Shown: positions 1-12,191 of the stretch, piece after piece
How positions within the stretch are numbered: the first letter of the stretch is position 1
How the letters are laid out: every line of letters starts with the position of its first letter
NCBI GenBank assembly: GCA_951406725.2
Contig: OX597817.1
Coordinates: 13,454,001-13,518,000, forward strand
Direction of reading: 5' to 3'
From: Octopus vulgaris
Taxonomy: Eukaryota
DNA: 64,000 bases
The notes under the pieces: generated by a model
What the model saw: the letters and a program-made list of their open reading frames with translations, nothing else
Told to the model about the DNA's origin: nothing
The model's database searches: none
Translations under genes and position numbers: made by a program

Positions 1-399
1 CATAAAATTATCAACCATCGCACAAACAATAACTCTGAGCACCTTTTCAAACTCCACCCATCTAACACCCGTGGACATATTTACAAAGTCAGAAAACAGC
101 ACAGCTCCCATGACTTCAGGAAACATTTTTCACGCTGAGAGTTACTGAAGCATGGCACAAACTGCCGGCATCAGTTGTTAGTTGTCGGAGCACTGCATCC
201 TTCAAAACTTCCATGCTTTCTGAGATTCGCCAACACTACACTTGATTTTCTCCCCTCCATACACACACAAGCATGTATCTGACTCATACATTGTTCGCTT
301 TCCAGACATTTCTACATTACTGCATGCACTTTATATGCACTTTCTGACAAGTTGTGGTGCACCTGAGCACTGTATACAATAATTTCATTATTATTATTA
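1..399 (+). mobile_element. 3' end of a CR1/L2-clade LINE (degenerate)
   Basis: Translates to the CR1-type C-terminal motif (TRGHIYK...RKHF..RV.EAW.KLP.SVV...SFK), followed by a 3' UTR ending in an (ATT)n tail at ~387-399. Confidence 0.6.
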
Positions 400-575
400 A
401 ATGGAAAAGTGTGTGTGTGTTTATGCATTGCTAGCTCTGAGAAATTTTCATTAATCTAAAAATGAAAATATTTTAAAATTATAGCCCTGAATATAAACCC
501 TAGAATATTGTTGATATGCATTTGTTATGAAATATTCTTTAATATTATTATTATTTTTTCCTTTTGTCTTGTTAG

Positions 576-746
576 TTGTTACTCTTGTTCCTGATGAGTC
601 TTTTGAAGTTGGTCAAGAAGTATCACGAATAAGAAAGCTCTTAAATTGTGTCAAAGTAGAAATTATTTCATATGGAATTATTATGCATGAAGAGCTTTCT
701 ATAACTGGTTGTAAATTACCGTTTTATGTACAGAAAACAATGAAAG
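576..746 (+). CDS. GDAP1: GDAP1-like protein, internal coding exon (upstream exons outside window)
   Basis: Polypyrimidine tract + AG at 574-575; GTAAGT donor at 747; phase 1/1. VTLVPDESFEVGQEVSRIRKLLNCVKVEIISYGIIMHEELSITGCKLPFYVQKTMK resembles the GDAP1 linker/alpha4 region (LMPD...RELLDSLPMDAYTHGCILHPEL). Confidence 0.85.
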
Positions 747-890
747 GTAAGTTATTTCATCATACATTAACATACACATAATAAATCCCAGATGACTATC
801 TTAATAAGTTGTTGGGATTACTAGGTGTTTTAAACATTGATTCCAACCCCCCCAAAAATGTGTTTGTAGTTATATAATACAAAAAATATA

Positions 891-2939
891 TTAGGTCATC
901 CCATAAATAATGTGTTTTTTTAATACTTTCTTTATTTTTCAAAATTAACAGTCTTTTTTATCTAAAATATACTCTCCTTCATGTTCTACACTGCTCTTCG
1001 ATCTATCTGGTAGACTTGCAAGGTCCCTCTTCCAAAATTCACTTGTCTATGACATAAAATACTCCTCCAGTACTGTTCTGACCTCATCTACAGAATTCAT
1101 ATTTTTGCCATCCAAATGAATTTGAAGACTGCGGAATAAATGAGAGTCAGAGGGGGCAATGTTGGCGAATATGTTTTGTGGGGCTTTGTTTCCCATTCAA
1201 ATTGTTCCAGCCTTTGGAATGTGACCGAGCATTATCCTGATGGAAAAACACCTTTTGTCTTGAAACCAAATATGGTCATTTTTTTTACTAGCGCTGACTT
1301 AAGCTGTTTGCAATAGATCTCCTTTCTCATCGTTTGGTTTGAGTTTAAAAGTTCAGAGTGGGCTAAACCTTTCATATCCCACCAAACTGTTTGGGAGTGG
1401 CACTTCTTCACACAGCTCTCCTCATCCATCCACAGTACATGACTTTACCAATGCAAACGTTTCTCTTACATGCCACATCCGATGCTTCTTATATCTAACA
1501 TTTCGCTCAGGGAGCTTACACTCTGTCGAGTGTGCACACTGACATTACACATTCAGCGGATCATTCTAGCTTCATTTCTTTTGAGCCTATGCATGACTTC
1601 AGCTGTCATGGTCCATGTTTCACTGCCGTGAAGCATGGCAGTTCACACACTTGCATCATACAATCTACCTTTCACTCTGAGCAAGAGGCCCTTTGTCACC
1701 AGTAGGGGTAGAAGCTTTCTGAACTTTGCTCAGACTATTCTTATTCTAGTGGTAACGCTCTCTGATAATCCACCCCCACTACAGACTTAGTCACCTAGGC
1801 AGGGGAAGTTATCAACTACTTCTAGTTTCTCCCTCTGGCATGTGATGGAATCTGTTTTCTGAGCATCTGTGGTGTTTATTGCCCCTGTGCATCAGCTGCA
1901 TGTGAAAGCTATCTTCATTATTAATCTTCCTTTGATGTTGCTGCACCTCTTATGTGTCCATAGCTTACACTGGGTACATCTTATGGATTTTCTACCTACA
2001 CCTTTTCTACAGATCGAGCAGGGCCACCTACGTGAAGGGGTATGTGATGTGTTCACCTTCTTACTTACTAGAACTTTTTGGTCTTTGCAACATTGACTCT
2101 AAGGCCCTTCGATTCTAAACCTTGCTTCCACACTTGAAGTTTTTCTCTAGTTCTGGTAGGGATTCTGCTATGAAGGCCAGGTCATCAGTATAGAAGAGCT
2201 CCCAGTGGCAACCTGTCTTGAATTCCTCTGTTATTGCTTGGAGGACTATGATGAATAAGAGGGGGCTGAGGGCTGATCTTTGATGGACCCTTACTTCTAC
2301 CCGTAATTCTTCACTATACTCATTCCAATCCTAACCCTTCTAATGGCATCTCTGTATAGGGCCTGTACAGTTCTTATTAACCATTTGTCAATCCCTAGTT
2401 TCCGCATTGCCAACCAGATAAGGAATCGGGGGACCCTGTCAAAGGCTTTCTCCAAGTCCACAAAAGCCAAATATAGGGGTTTATCTTTGGCTAGGTATTT
2501 CTCCTGCAGTTGCCATACCAGGAATATAGCATTGGTGGTGCTTCTACCTGGCACAAAGCCAAACTACATCTCATCTAAGCAGACTCTCTCCCTAATTAGT
2601 TGGGCTATGGCCCTCTCCGTGACCTTCATCACCTGATCCAGCAGTTTGATATTCCTGTAGTTATTTCTGTCTAAAACCTCACCTTTACCTTTGTAGCAGT
2701 TGACTATGGTGTTGCTATGCCAGTCATTGGGTATAACTCCATCATGAATTATCTTCCATTATAGCTTTGAAAAAATAACTGTTAAAATCAAACTGCACTC
2801 TTCAAAGCTTACATTAAGAATAAGTACAAGGTAAAATTATTACCTGCTTTTATAGCAAGTTGATGCAGGTAGTTTATCCCATCCCCCTCTGATTTTTAAT
2901 TCATGCAGTTGAAAACCTATTATTTATGGGATGACCCAA
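891..2939 (-). mobile_element. Degenerate mariner DNA transposon carrying an internal RTE fragment
   Basis: TIRs TTAGGTCATCCCATAAATAAT (891) and ATTATTTATGGGATGACCCAA (to 2939), flanked by TA. Minus-strand transposase remnants VWWDMKG...ELL...QT...YCKQL and YSP-IAPSD-HLFRSLQ at ~960-1400. Confidence 0.8.
1401..2748 (-). mobile_element. RTE-clade LINE reverse transcriptase fragment
   Basis: ORF 2297-2554 reads PGRSTTNAIF...QLQEKYLAKDKPLYLAFVDLEKAFDRVPR. Nearby are NYRNIKLLD, QGS-like and ELFYTDDL (YADD-like) remnants with frameshifts. Confidence 0.85.
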
Positions 2940-3354
2940 TATTTGTCATGGAAATTTTAAAAGTAAACGAATTTCTGCGTATGTTTTACATATGATACAT
3001 TCTTAATATATACTGATTTATTTGGATATATTCTATTTAAAACTTGGTCTTCCTATCTTCTTCCATTAACATCATTCAGTTTTTGGGAAAATGTTTCCTT
3101 TGCATTTTTGATGTTATTTATTAGTTTTCTGTAGAATAGTCATGATGAGGACTGTAGAAAATGCTGTAACAAGTCTACCAATCCACTGCCCTTACTTAAT
3201 AATAATAATAATGATTTAATGATATCTCGTTTAATAGGTACAAGGTACCGTAATTTAGATAAAACTCGTTTTATTGATTCTGAAAGAATGAAAGAGCAAA
3301 GTATCTAAAGGGACATAAATAAATATTGTCACATAACTACTGCCAACCTGTGAC

Positions 3355-3860
3355 ATCATCATCATCATCGTTTAACGTCCGCTTTCCATGCTGGCATGGG
3401 TTGGACGGTTCAACCGGGGATCTGGGAAGCCAGAAGGCTGCACCAGGCTCCAGTCTTATCTGGCAATGTTTCTACAGCTGGATGCCCTTCCTAATGCCAA
3501 CCACTCCGTGAGTGTAGTGGGTGCTTTTTATGTGCCACCCGCACAGGTGCCAGGCGAGGCTGGCAACGGCCATGGTCGGATTGGTACAATTTACGTGCCA
3601 CCGGCACGAAAGCCAGTCGAGGCGGCGCTGGCATCGGCCACGAGTCAGATAGTGCTTTTTACGTACCACCAGACCAGGGGTCCTGGCATCTGCCGGGTGC
3701 CAGTCATAGGATTGGTTCAATTTTGATTTCGATTTCACTTTCCCCAACATGTCTTTGCAAGCAAAGGGGGTTGGCATGGGTGCCTGTCGTCGGATGAGGT
3801 TCGATATCAACTTCGCTTGCCTCAACAGGTCTTTGTGTCCAAGGGAGGAAAGGCATTGAC
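3355..3860 (-). mobile_element. RTE-tailed SINE-like repeat with internal tandem units
   Basis: (CAT)n-CGTTTAACGTCCGCTTTCCATGC end, CTACAGCTGGATGCCCTTCC core and repeated GTGCTTTT-ACGTGCCACC units; many copies in the window. Confidence 0.75.
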
Positions 3861-4004
3861 AGATAATAATTTCACTCTCATATGTCTTTTTGTTACTATT
3901 TTACAATGTTATACTTTTGAATTGTCTGTCTAAGGTTTTTGAAATGAAAAATACACTGCAGTGAAAATAAAATATTTGACTTCCAATATTAAGCTACTCA
4001 TAAC

Positions 4005-4395
4005 ATGTCTGGCTTCCTTGCCGGTGGCATGTAAAAAGCACCATTTGAGCGTGATCGTTACCAGCGTCGCTTTACTGGCACTTGAACGAAACATTTGAGC
4101 AAGGTCGTTGCCAGTTCCGCTGGACTGACTGCTGTGCAGGTGGCACATAAAAAACACCATTTCGAGCATGGCCATTGCCAGTACCACCTGACTGGCCCTC
4201 GTGCCGGTGGCACATAAAAGCACCCACTACACTCATGGAGTGGTTGGCATTAGGAAGGGCATCCAGCTGTAGAAACTCTGCCAGATCAAGATTGGAACCT
4301 GGCGTAGCCATCTGGTTCGCCAGTCCTCAGTCAAAATCGTCCAACCCATGGTAGCATGGAAAGCGGATGTTAAATGATGATGATGATGATGATGA
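4005..4395 (+). mobile_element. RTE-tailed SINE-like repeat, inverted relative to the 3355-3860 copy
   Basis: GGCATTAGGAAGGGCATCCAGCTGTAGAAAC core and ...GGATGTTAAA(TGA)n tail. Confidence 0.75.
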
Positions 4396-4441
4396 TATAA
4401 ATTTTATGAATTCACTTAAATCATTTATTTCTGATGATTAA

Positions 4442-4663
4442 CCCTTTAGCATAAAAAAATTGGCCATATCTACCCCAAATATGCCATCTATTTTATGTTC
4501 AAACTGGCCAGATCTTGCTTCTTACACCTAGCCTGTAATGTCATTCTAAAAATAGACAATCATATTTTTGAAATCTCAAAGCTACAAGGTAATACATGAT
4601 GAATTTCAGAAAATGTGAATAAATAAGAATTACATTTGACAAAGTAATCTGAATGCTAAAGGG
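4442..4663. mobile_element. TTAA-specific MITE (piggyBac/Kolobok-like)
   Basis: TTAA|CCCTTTAGCAT ... ATGCTAAAGGG|TTAA termini; related copies elsewhere in the window. Confidence 0.75.
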
Positions 4664-4865
4664 TTAAAGAAGCCTTTTTATTTATTTAGTTTATCATTAA
4701 GTCTTTCAAAAAGAAAACATTACTTAAAAGATCAAGTGTCCCCTTACTGCAATAGCAGTATTCCCATAAGGTCATTTAAGTGTGTATAGTAGTTCACAGT
4801 AGTCTGTGTATGTGTGTATACACATGCATACACTTATGATGCTTTAAAGATTAGGTTGATTGTGT

Positions 4866-5260
4866 CTCTCTTTTACTCTTTTATTTGTTTCAGTCATTTG
4901 ACTGCGGCCATGCTGGAGCACCGCCTTTAATCGAGCAACTCGACCCCGGCACTTATTCTTTGTAAGCCCAGTACTTATTCTATCGGTTTGTTTTTGCCGA
5001 ACCGCTAAGTGACGGGGACATAAACACACCAGCATCGGTTGTCAAGCAATGCCAGGGGGACAAACGCAGACACACAAACACACACACATACACTTACATA
5101 TATACGACGGGCTTCTTTCAGTTTCCGTCTACCAAATCCACTCACAAGGCTTTGGTTGGCCCGAGGCTATAGTAGAAGGCACTTGCCCAAGGTGCCACAC
5201 AGTGGGACTGAACCCGAAACCATGTGGTTAGTAAACAAGCTACTTACCACACAGCCACTT
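4866..5260 (-). mobile_element. tRNA-derived SINE, family A (CORE-like CCTTGGGCAAGTG motif)
   Basis: Near-identical to more than ten other ~390-bp copies. Head GTGGCTGTGTGGT...GGTTCAGTCCC (A/B boxes), internal (TA)/(TG) tract and (AAGAGTAA)n tail. Confidence 0.85.
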
Positions 5261-5311
5261 CTATCTGCTTCATTTTTTTAGAGATTTTTTTTATTACCAT
5301 ATTTATTGCAG

Positions 5312-5512
5312 AAAACTATGGAGCCCGACTGGGAACAATGCTTAAACTTGCAGAAAAAAATCCAAGTTTCCGTGATACTTATCTTTCTAAAAGTCAGCAG
5401 ACAGCTCAACGTTTTGAACAGATTATGGACATTGAACAAGTAATGCAAGAACTTGAAGATCTTGAGGATATCCTTGATGAAATGGAAACCCTCATTATGT
5501 CATCATCAGAAG
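5312..5512 (+). CDS. GDAP1: GDAP1-like protein, penultimate coding exon
   Basis: AG at 5310-5311, GTGAGT donor at 5513, phase 1/1, in frame with both neighbours. LKLAEKNPSFRDTYLSK...LEDLEDILDEMET resembles GDAP1 LKKLAEENPDLQEAYIAK...LDELEKVLDQVET. Confidence 0.88.
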
Positions 5513-5706
5513 GTGAGTTACTTTTCTTTTTTTTAATTTTTATTTTAACAGGAATATCTTTTGTTATCTTTTTATACTTTTGTACATGATTTGTTCTCAT
5601 GAGATAAATATCCTTTGTAATCTCACATAAAATGAGAAGATAGCAGGTATGTGGTTTTAGTATTAATAAGTGAAGGTCTACCAAATCAAGAATCTACATG
5701 AGCTGT

Positions 5707-6097
5707 GTGGAGTGGAAGCACTCCGTCGGTTACGACGACGAGGGTTCCAGTTGATCTGATCAACGGAACAGCCTGCTTGTGAAATTAACGTGTAAGTGGC
5801 TGAGCACTCCACAGACACGTGTACCCTTAATGTAGTTCTCGGGGATATTCAGCGTGACACAGAGAGTGACAAGGCCGGCCCTTTGAAATACAGGTACAAC
5901 AGAAACAGGAAGTAAGAGTGAGAAAAAGTTGTGGTGAAAGAGTACAGCAGGGATCACCACCATCCCCTGCCGGAGCCTGGTGGAGCTTTTAGGTGTTTTC
6001 GCTCAATAAACACTCACAACGCCCGGTCTGGGAATCGAAACCGCGATCCTCTGACCGCGAGTCCGCTGCCCTAACCACTGGGCCATTGTGCCTCCAC
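5707..6097 (-). mobile_element. tRNA-derived SINE, family B
   Basis: Head TGGCCCAGTGGTTAGGGCAGCGGACTCGC...GGTTTCGATTCC on the minus strand; approximate TSD ACATG(A/G)GCTGT; near-identical to 25376-25764. Confidence 0.85.
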
Positions 6098-7026
6098 ACA
6101 TGGGCTGTACCACAATACAGAGAGTACTTGTATCATATACAGGGTCAGAAACTTTTTAAAAATGAAAAGGTGTCTTGGTTGTAATATCTTTAAAGCAAAA
6201 TTCAAAGATATTAGTTTGATTTCTTTTTTACTCTAAGAAAAATTTAGTATTGTGTGTATGTGTATCTACATAAATATCATTGTTTTATATCTACTTTTCA
6301 TGCCCACAGAGGTTGTATATGTCATCACAAACTGAGTAAGTTCATAGTTACTGTCCCAGATGGGCCAAAGAATTGCATCTTACTCATAGATTCCATTTTT
6401 TTGTATAGCTTCAATTGACTGGATGCTCTTCCTAATGACAATTATTATACAGGGTGCCCTGGGTGTCTTTCAGTGTCAGTACTAGAGAGGTAATCATGTC
6501 TTCAGCTAGACTAAAATGGGTCCTACCTACTCTGTTTTGTTTCTGTTTGCCAATCACTTTACAGTATGTACTAGATGTCTGTTATCATGGTATTAACACT
6601 AAAGAGGCAGCTTTGTCCCCTGCAGGACTAGATATCCCTCTCTACCCTGTTGTCCTTTTCTTTCAAATCGAACATGACTGAGTGGAGTGAATAGAAGAGA
6701 GAGTGTAAATGTGAGTTTGATAGGAATGAGAGTGATAGGAATGGGAGCAATGAGAGAGAGTGAGAGAGATTGATAACTAGACATTGAATAAGAAACTGTA
6801 TGGATAATGTTATAGGGTAGCTATAAAGACGGGTGATGGTAAGAGATAGTGAATAACGAATACCAAGAGAAAGGTTGACTATAGTAAGTGGCAATGGTAG
6901 ATATCAATGAAGATTCAGATGGAGGGGAAGGAGTGATGCCTTGCAGTAAAGAATACTGAAGATTGTGAGTATTGGACATGAGCAGATTCAGTGCTCTCTT
7001 TAAGCCATAGATTAAAATAATCATAT

Positions 7027-7407
7027 ACTCTTTACTCTTTTACTTGTTTCAGTCATTTGACTGTGGCCATGCTGGAGCACCACCTTTAGTCGAGCAAATC
7101 GACCCCGGGACTTATTCTTTTGTAAGCCCAGTACTTATTCTATCGGTCTCTTTTGCCGAACCGCTAAGTAACGGGGACGTAAACACACCATCGGTTGTCA
7201 AGCAATGCTAGGGGGACAAACACGCATATATATACATATATACGACGGGCTTCTTTCAGTTTGCGTCTACCAAATCCACTCACAAGGCATTGGTCGGCCT
7301 GGGGCTATAGCAGAAGACACTTGCCCAAGATGCCACGCAGTGGGACTGAACCCGGAACCATGTGGTTGGTTAGCAAGCTACTTACCACACAGCCACTCCT
7401 GCGCCTA
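7027..7407 (-). mobile_element. tRNA-derived SINE, family A
   Basis: Full-length copy, same sequence as 4866-5260. Confidence 0.85.
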
Positions 7408-7934
7408 TATGAAGTTTAATAATTTGATTTTCTATCTATTGAATTAAATTTTATATCTGGAAAGAGGAAGTGATCTCTGTTGGCAAGAATTTGGTTGGTG
7501 AAGAATGTTGCCAGAAACACCAAATTCAACTTCATACTATTATCATCATCATGTAATGTCTGCTTTTCAGGTTTGTGTGGGTCAGATGGAATTTGGTGAG
7601 GTATATTTTCTGTGACTAGATTTCTATGGTCAGACATGTTTTCCACAGAAGAGTGGAAGTGAACAACACTGTATGTATGACAGTGATGCTTGTCTCCAAC
7701 CATCACATAATGACAAGGCACCGGTACAAACAAATACACGTGTGCATTACACACACACATAAATATATAATTTGTTGGCAAGAAATCCAGGGGAGACAAT
7801 CTAGAAATTTAAATTGAAAATAGACTACAGTGGGAATTGCGACTGATCTCTGGCTTTTCAATGACAACTCTGGACTTGATACAGCCTTAACAGATCTATC
7901 AGTGAATGATAGCTTAACCAACTGTGAGATGTAT

Positions 7935-8265
7935 TATGAAAATCTCTCGTAAAAGCGCCATCCAACCAAAATGCAAATATATGGGAAACTACCACCTGTG
8001 TCATCTCTTGTGAAAGGTAGAAGGGTCCAGTTTGCTGGACATTGTTGTAGAGCTAAAAAAAAGAGGTAATTTCTACTCTTCTCCTCTGGAAGCCATCTAC
8101 TCGCAATGCCAGAGGGCGCACACTCTCCTACCCCGATGTAATCTCCAGGGATACAGGCATCCAGCAACAGGACCTCCGTAATGCCATGATGGACCGTGAA
8201 GTCTGGCGTAGCATGGTAAATTCCATTGTCTCGACCACGGTTGAACAATGATGATGATGATGATG
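7935..8265 (+). mobile_element. 3' end of an RTE-type LINE or RTE-tailed SINE
   Basis: ATGGACCGTGAAGTCTGGCGT...GAACAA(TGA)n tail; second close copy at 13920-14265. Confidence 0.7.
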
Positions 8266-8899
8266 AATTGAAATATATATAAGATTCTGAGAATAAGCAA
8301 TGAGTGCTGCAATAATTTTAAAAAGTCGTCATCATCATTTAACACTGCTTTCCATGCTGGTTCAACAGGAGCTGGCAAGTCAGAAAGCTACACCAAGTGC
8401 CATTTGTCTGTTTTGGCATGGTTTCTACACCTAGATTCCCTTCCTAAAGCCACCCACTTTACAGAATGTATTGAGTGCTTTTTTACACGGCAGCAGTGGG
8501 TGGGGGGGGGGGGGGGTCACCAAGTAGGTTGCAAGACAAAACCCTCTCAACTGAGAGAGGGAGTGGAACTGAAGGAGGTGGCTGTGAGTGAGGTGAGAGG
8601 TTAGAGTATAATAGAGGGACAGAGATAGTTATCTTACTATAGAGATATTTGGCTACCCCAGTAGGACAAGGAAGGGGAGAAAGAGTTAGAAAGACAATGG
8701 GTACAAAGTGGTATAAAGGTATGGTACATATGTTAAAGCATGGAGTGTGTGCAGATAGGCACATGTGGGAGAGTGGAGGGGTTTGCAGTGGGTGGTTATC
8801 ATGGGTAGTGAGGTGTTGGAAAGAAGAGTTGTGGGGGTATTTTGAATGAGGACAAATTGTGTGAAATGGGACATGGTCATAAAGGACATGCCTGTATGT

Positions 8900-9250
8900 A
8901 TGGATAGCCAGGATTTTACTTAACTGGACTTGTCTTCTCAAGTACAAAATATTGCCAGAGATCTCAGTCCTTTGTCATTGCCTTGGTGAGACTCAACATC
9001 TGAAAATTCATTTCCCACCACTTTGTCCCATGTCTTCCTGGGTCTACCCCTTTCACAGGTTCCTTCCACAATTTGAGATTGGTACTTCTTTATGCACTGT
9101 CCTCATCCTTAGACATCACATGACCATACCAATGCAGTTTTCTTTCTTGCACACGACATCTTATGACTCTTATACCCAATTTTTCTCTTAAACCATTTAC
9201 ACTGTGTCATACAAGGCTTCATTTCTTTCAAGCCTTCATGTGTCCTGTGT
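8900..9250 (-). mobile_element. Degenerate RTE LINE 3' fragment
   Basis: Minus strand encodes L.WYGHVM..RMR...GRPRKTW-like RTE C-terminal motifs. Confidence 0.55.
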
Positions 9251-9456
9251 AGTCACAGTTTAAAAAGAGTGATTGGTGTAAAATTATTTGATATATTTAA
9301 AGTAGTGAAGCAAGAAATTTTAAATAATTTTCTCACTTCAAACAAACAGGTTTACATTACAAACTATCTTAATTCTAATCCTGCTGTAAAAAAGTTTTCT
9401 AATTTATATTTATTTCAATATCTGAAATAGCATCATCTATGTGATGATCCAACTAT

Positions 9457-9488
<32 letters not shown>

Positions 9489-9914
9489 GTTAATCCAAAC
9501 ATGAAAACACAACAATGCGAGGTAGTGGAACAAGTATAGTATTATTGGATGCTCAGGAAAGGAGGGTTTAACGTTTTGAGCAGAGCTCTTTGTCAGAAAC
9601 ATAGAAAAAGGAAAGATCCAGAGAAGAGAAGACAGAAGAAAAAAAATCGCCAACGGTACACTACACACATACACATTTTGGGAACAATAGCATCGTTGAT
9701 TAAGTTTCCAACAAGTTTCACAACACATAGTGGTGGCATGATATTGGATGTCTTTGATTTAAAGTTTTTTTAAACCATGTCGTACAAGGTGGATTAGCCT
9801 ACGAATTATGTTCTTTCTGATTTTTCCATTTTATTTTCGAGACAAAAATATCATACCTGTCAGTTTTTCAACTGTGGTAACTGATTCTCATGTTTTGTTT
9901 TGTTTGTTTTCTAG

Positions 9915-10237
9915 GCTCATCAGACTACGACCAAGAGTTGTGGCTGTTTGGTTCTCGATTCACTGCTGCAGACATCAGTCTTATTGTACTGCTGAACAGA
10001 TTAGTAATGCTAGGAATTGACAGCCGTTACTTCTCTGAAGACCGAAGGCCCTACTTACTGAAGTACCACAAACAGCAACTGGAGAGGGCTTCAGTAGGTC
10101 GCTTGTTGAAAGAAATTGAAACCATTAGGAAAACAATGTATTGGCAATCAATATTAAAAAGCTCATCTTTCAGTCGATGGGCAACAATAGGTTTAGGTAT
10201 TGGTTTGGGCTATTTAATTTATAGGCATATTAATTAA
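9915..10237 (+). CDS. GDAP1: GDAP1-like protein, terminal coding exon (GST C-terminal domain + tail anchor)
   Basis: TTTTCTAG acceptor at 9914, phase 1. WLFGSRFTAADISLIVLLNRLVMLG...RRPYL resembles GDAP1 WLCGESFTLADVSLAVTLHRLKFLG...KRPNL. Hydrophobic WATIGLGIGLGYLIY plus a short RHIN end; TAA at 10235-10237. Confidence 0.9.
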
Positions 10238-12191
10238 AAAGGATTCTGTTGACACCATTTTCTGTTTTTTTATCAAATCAGATATCTACAGCTGCATTAC
10301 ACATTTCCAGATTTCTATGCAAAATGTTCGTCTTTGCATTTTGTTGAACTGAATCGAAGGATTTATTCCACATACAAAAATTACAGACCAAAGTTGAATC
10401 TCCCATTTTGATTAAAACAAAACAAAAAGAAATAGTGAATCTTTAATTTAACACTTACTAAAATAATTCTAATTATAATGGAGCTTATGTATGTAAATCT
10501 GTGTATGTAGCTAAAATACTATCAGCCCCCTTTTTTTTTTTTTACTGAACTACCTTTCTGATGTAATGAAATAGAAGTATCTCATACCTCACTTTGCCTC
10601 TTACACCAACCACCTCTTTGAAGGAATGATATGAAAGCATAAGAGAGTTTTCTTGCAGACATCTGGGCCTGCATACTGTATTGTTGCCTCACAATATGGT
10701 CTTGGGGTTCAACAAGAGAGATTTTAGATAGTCACTTGAACTGCAAGAAATAGCAGCTAAATCTCTCTCAAATCATATCTTGGCATCTTTAAATTGGTAG
10801 GATGTATTGGACAATGTAGTTCTTGGTATACAAAAAGATGGGATCGTCATGAATTAAGTTTACTTTGAACCAAGAGAATGTTTCTTTGTGGTTTCTTGAG
10901 TTGTTACAAATAGCAACCAAATTTCTCTTAAAGCAGACCTGACCATCTTCAAGGAAGCGTACATTGGGCTGATGTAATTTTGTATATATATAAAAAAAGA
11001 CAATATATGTATTACATAAATAGGGATAAACACTGAAGGGCGGTGTTTCTCGAATATTTAAAAAATATCTGCAGTAAATGAAGTGGTTGCAATGAATATA
11101 ATTAACAACCTGAGACATAATTACTGTTGTATGTGGAAAGATTTCAGGTTTTCACAGTAAAAAGTTTCAATTGCACTTTATTGTATTCATACAAAATATT
11201 GTGGTAGCAACACCCAAAATTAGTGCATTTTATATATGACAATTAACAAGTAAACTTGTATACTATGAAGTTAAGAAAGACGTGAAACATTCTTTCTTGT
11301 TCAAAAGTATTATTAGAATATATTACACTTCATTATTATATTCTTTCAAAATGTTTCCTAATTGGAAGCATCTCAGATCACCACTTCTCTATTTTAATGG
11401 ATCAGAAGTAAATATTTACAAATTTTCTATAACATTTTTATGGATGGTCATGACATATTTGCAGATATGTGTCTAGACTCCAATGTTTTGGCTGTGGTCA
11501 TTCTAAGGTACCAAAAATGTTCTTTAATTAATTTACACTAACTTGTATATGAATAACAAAGCAAAAACAACAATAATACCTTACACAGGTCACCCAATAA
11601 CTCAGTAACCATTTGTAATTGTATTACATTTGTGGATGACCTTTTTATATTTATCTGCTGTGAAGCTACACCTGGAAGATCTTGACACTTAATTTGTTTT
11701 TTTTACTTAGTTGCTCTTAAATCCTTTTAGAGGAGAGGAGTTTAGTTGAGTAAATTAATTCAGTAAGACTACTAATGGTACCCGCTGATTCTAAGGAGAT
11801 TTGAACACAGAATCATAAATTAAAGGGTTATCTTGCAGTAGTTTTAGTTAGTTGTAAGCCTCTGTTGAACTTTTAATCATGCTCAATATAAAAATTTTTT
11901 AAAAAATACCCAAGAATCTCAGTCATTATTTTAATTTACTCCTCTCCACGTTATATTAAAAATTTTTTTTTTAATGTTTGATTGTGTACAAAATTGCAAA
12001 GCTTCTTGTTCCTACTATTGTGTGCAGATTATCCTAATTCTAGCATAAAGTTTTTCATTTTAGAATTTTGTGTGAAGAGTTTGGATACTTTGTAATTTAC
12101 AGTAGGATTTGTTTCTTTTTACTGAACAAAAATATACTGTTGACATCAAATATAAACCAAATATTGTAAAGCAATTTGAATTTTTCAATCT

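Noticed and set aside
5039-5281. Recurrent short ORFs such as RRASFSFRLPNPLTR and LQLDALPNANHS
   Set aside because: These are translations of multi-copy SINEs, not a protein family.
6680-7020. Purine-skewed tracts (also 46300-47300) as possible coding or regulatory DNA
   Set aside because: No splice-consistent ORF or recognisable motif; most likely decayed repeats or low-complexity sequence.
8497-8517. Poly-G/poly-C runs (also 17941, 24290, 26155, 26203) as G-quadruplex elements
   Set aside because: Simple homopolymers in degenerate repeats; length is unreliable and there is no functional context.
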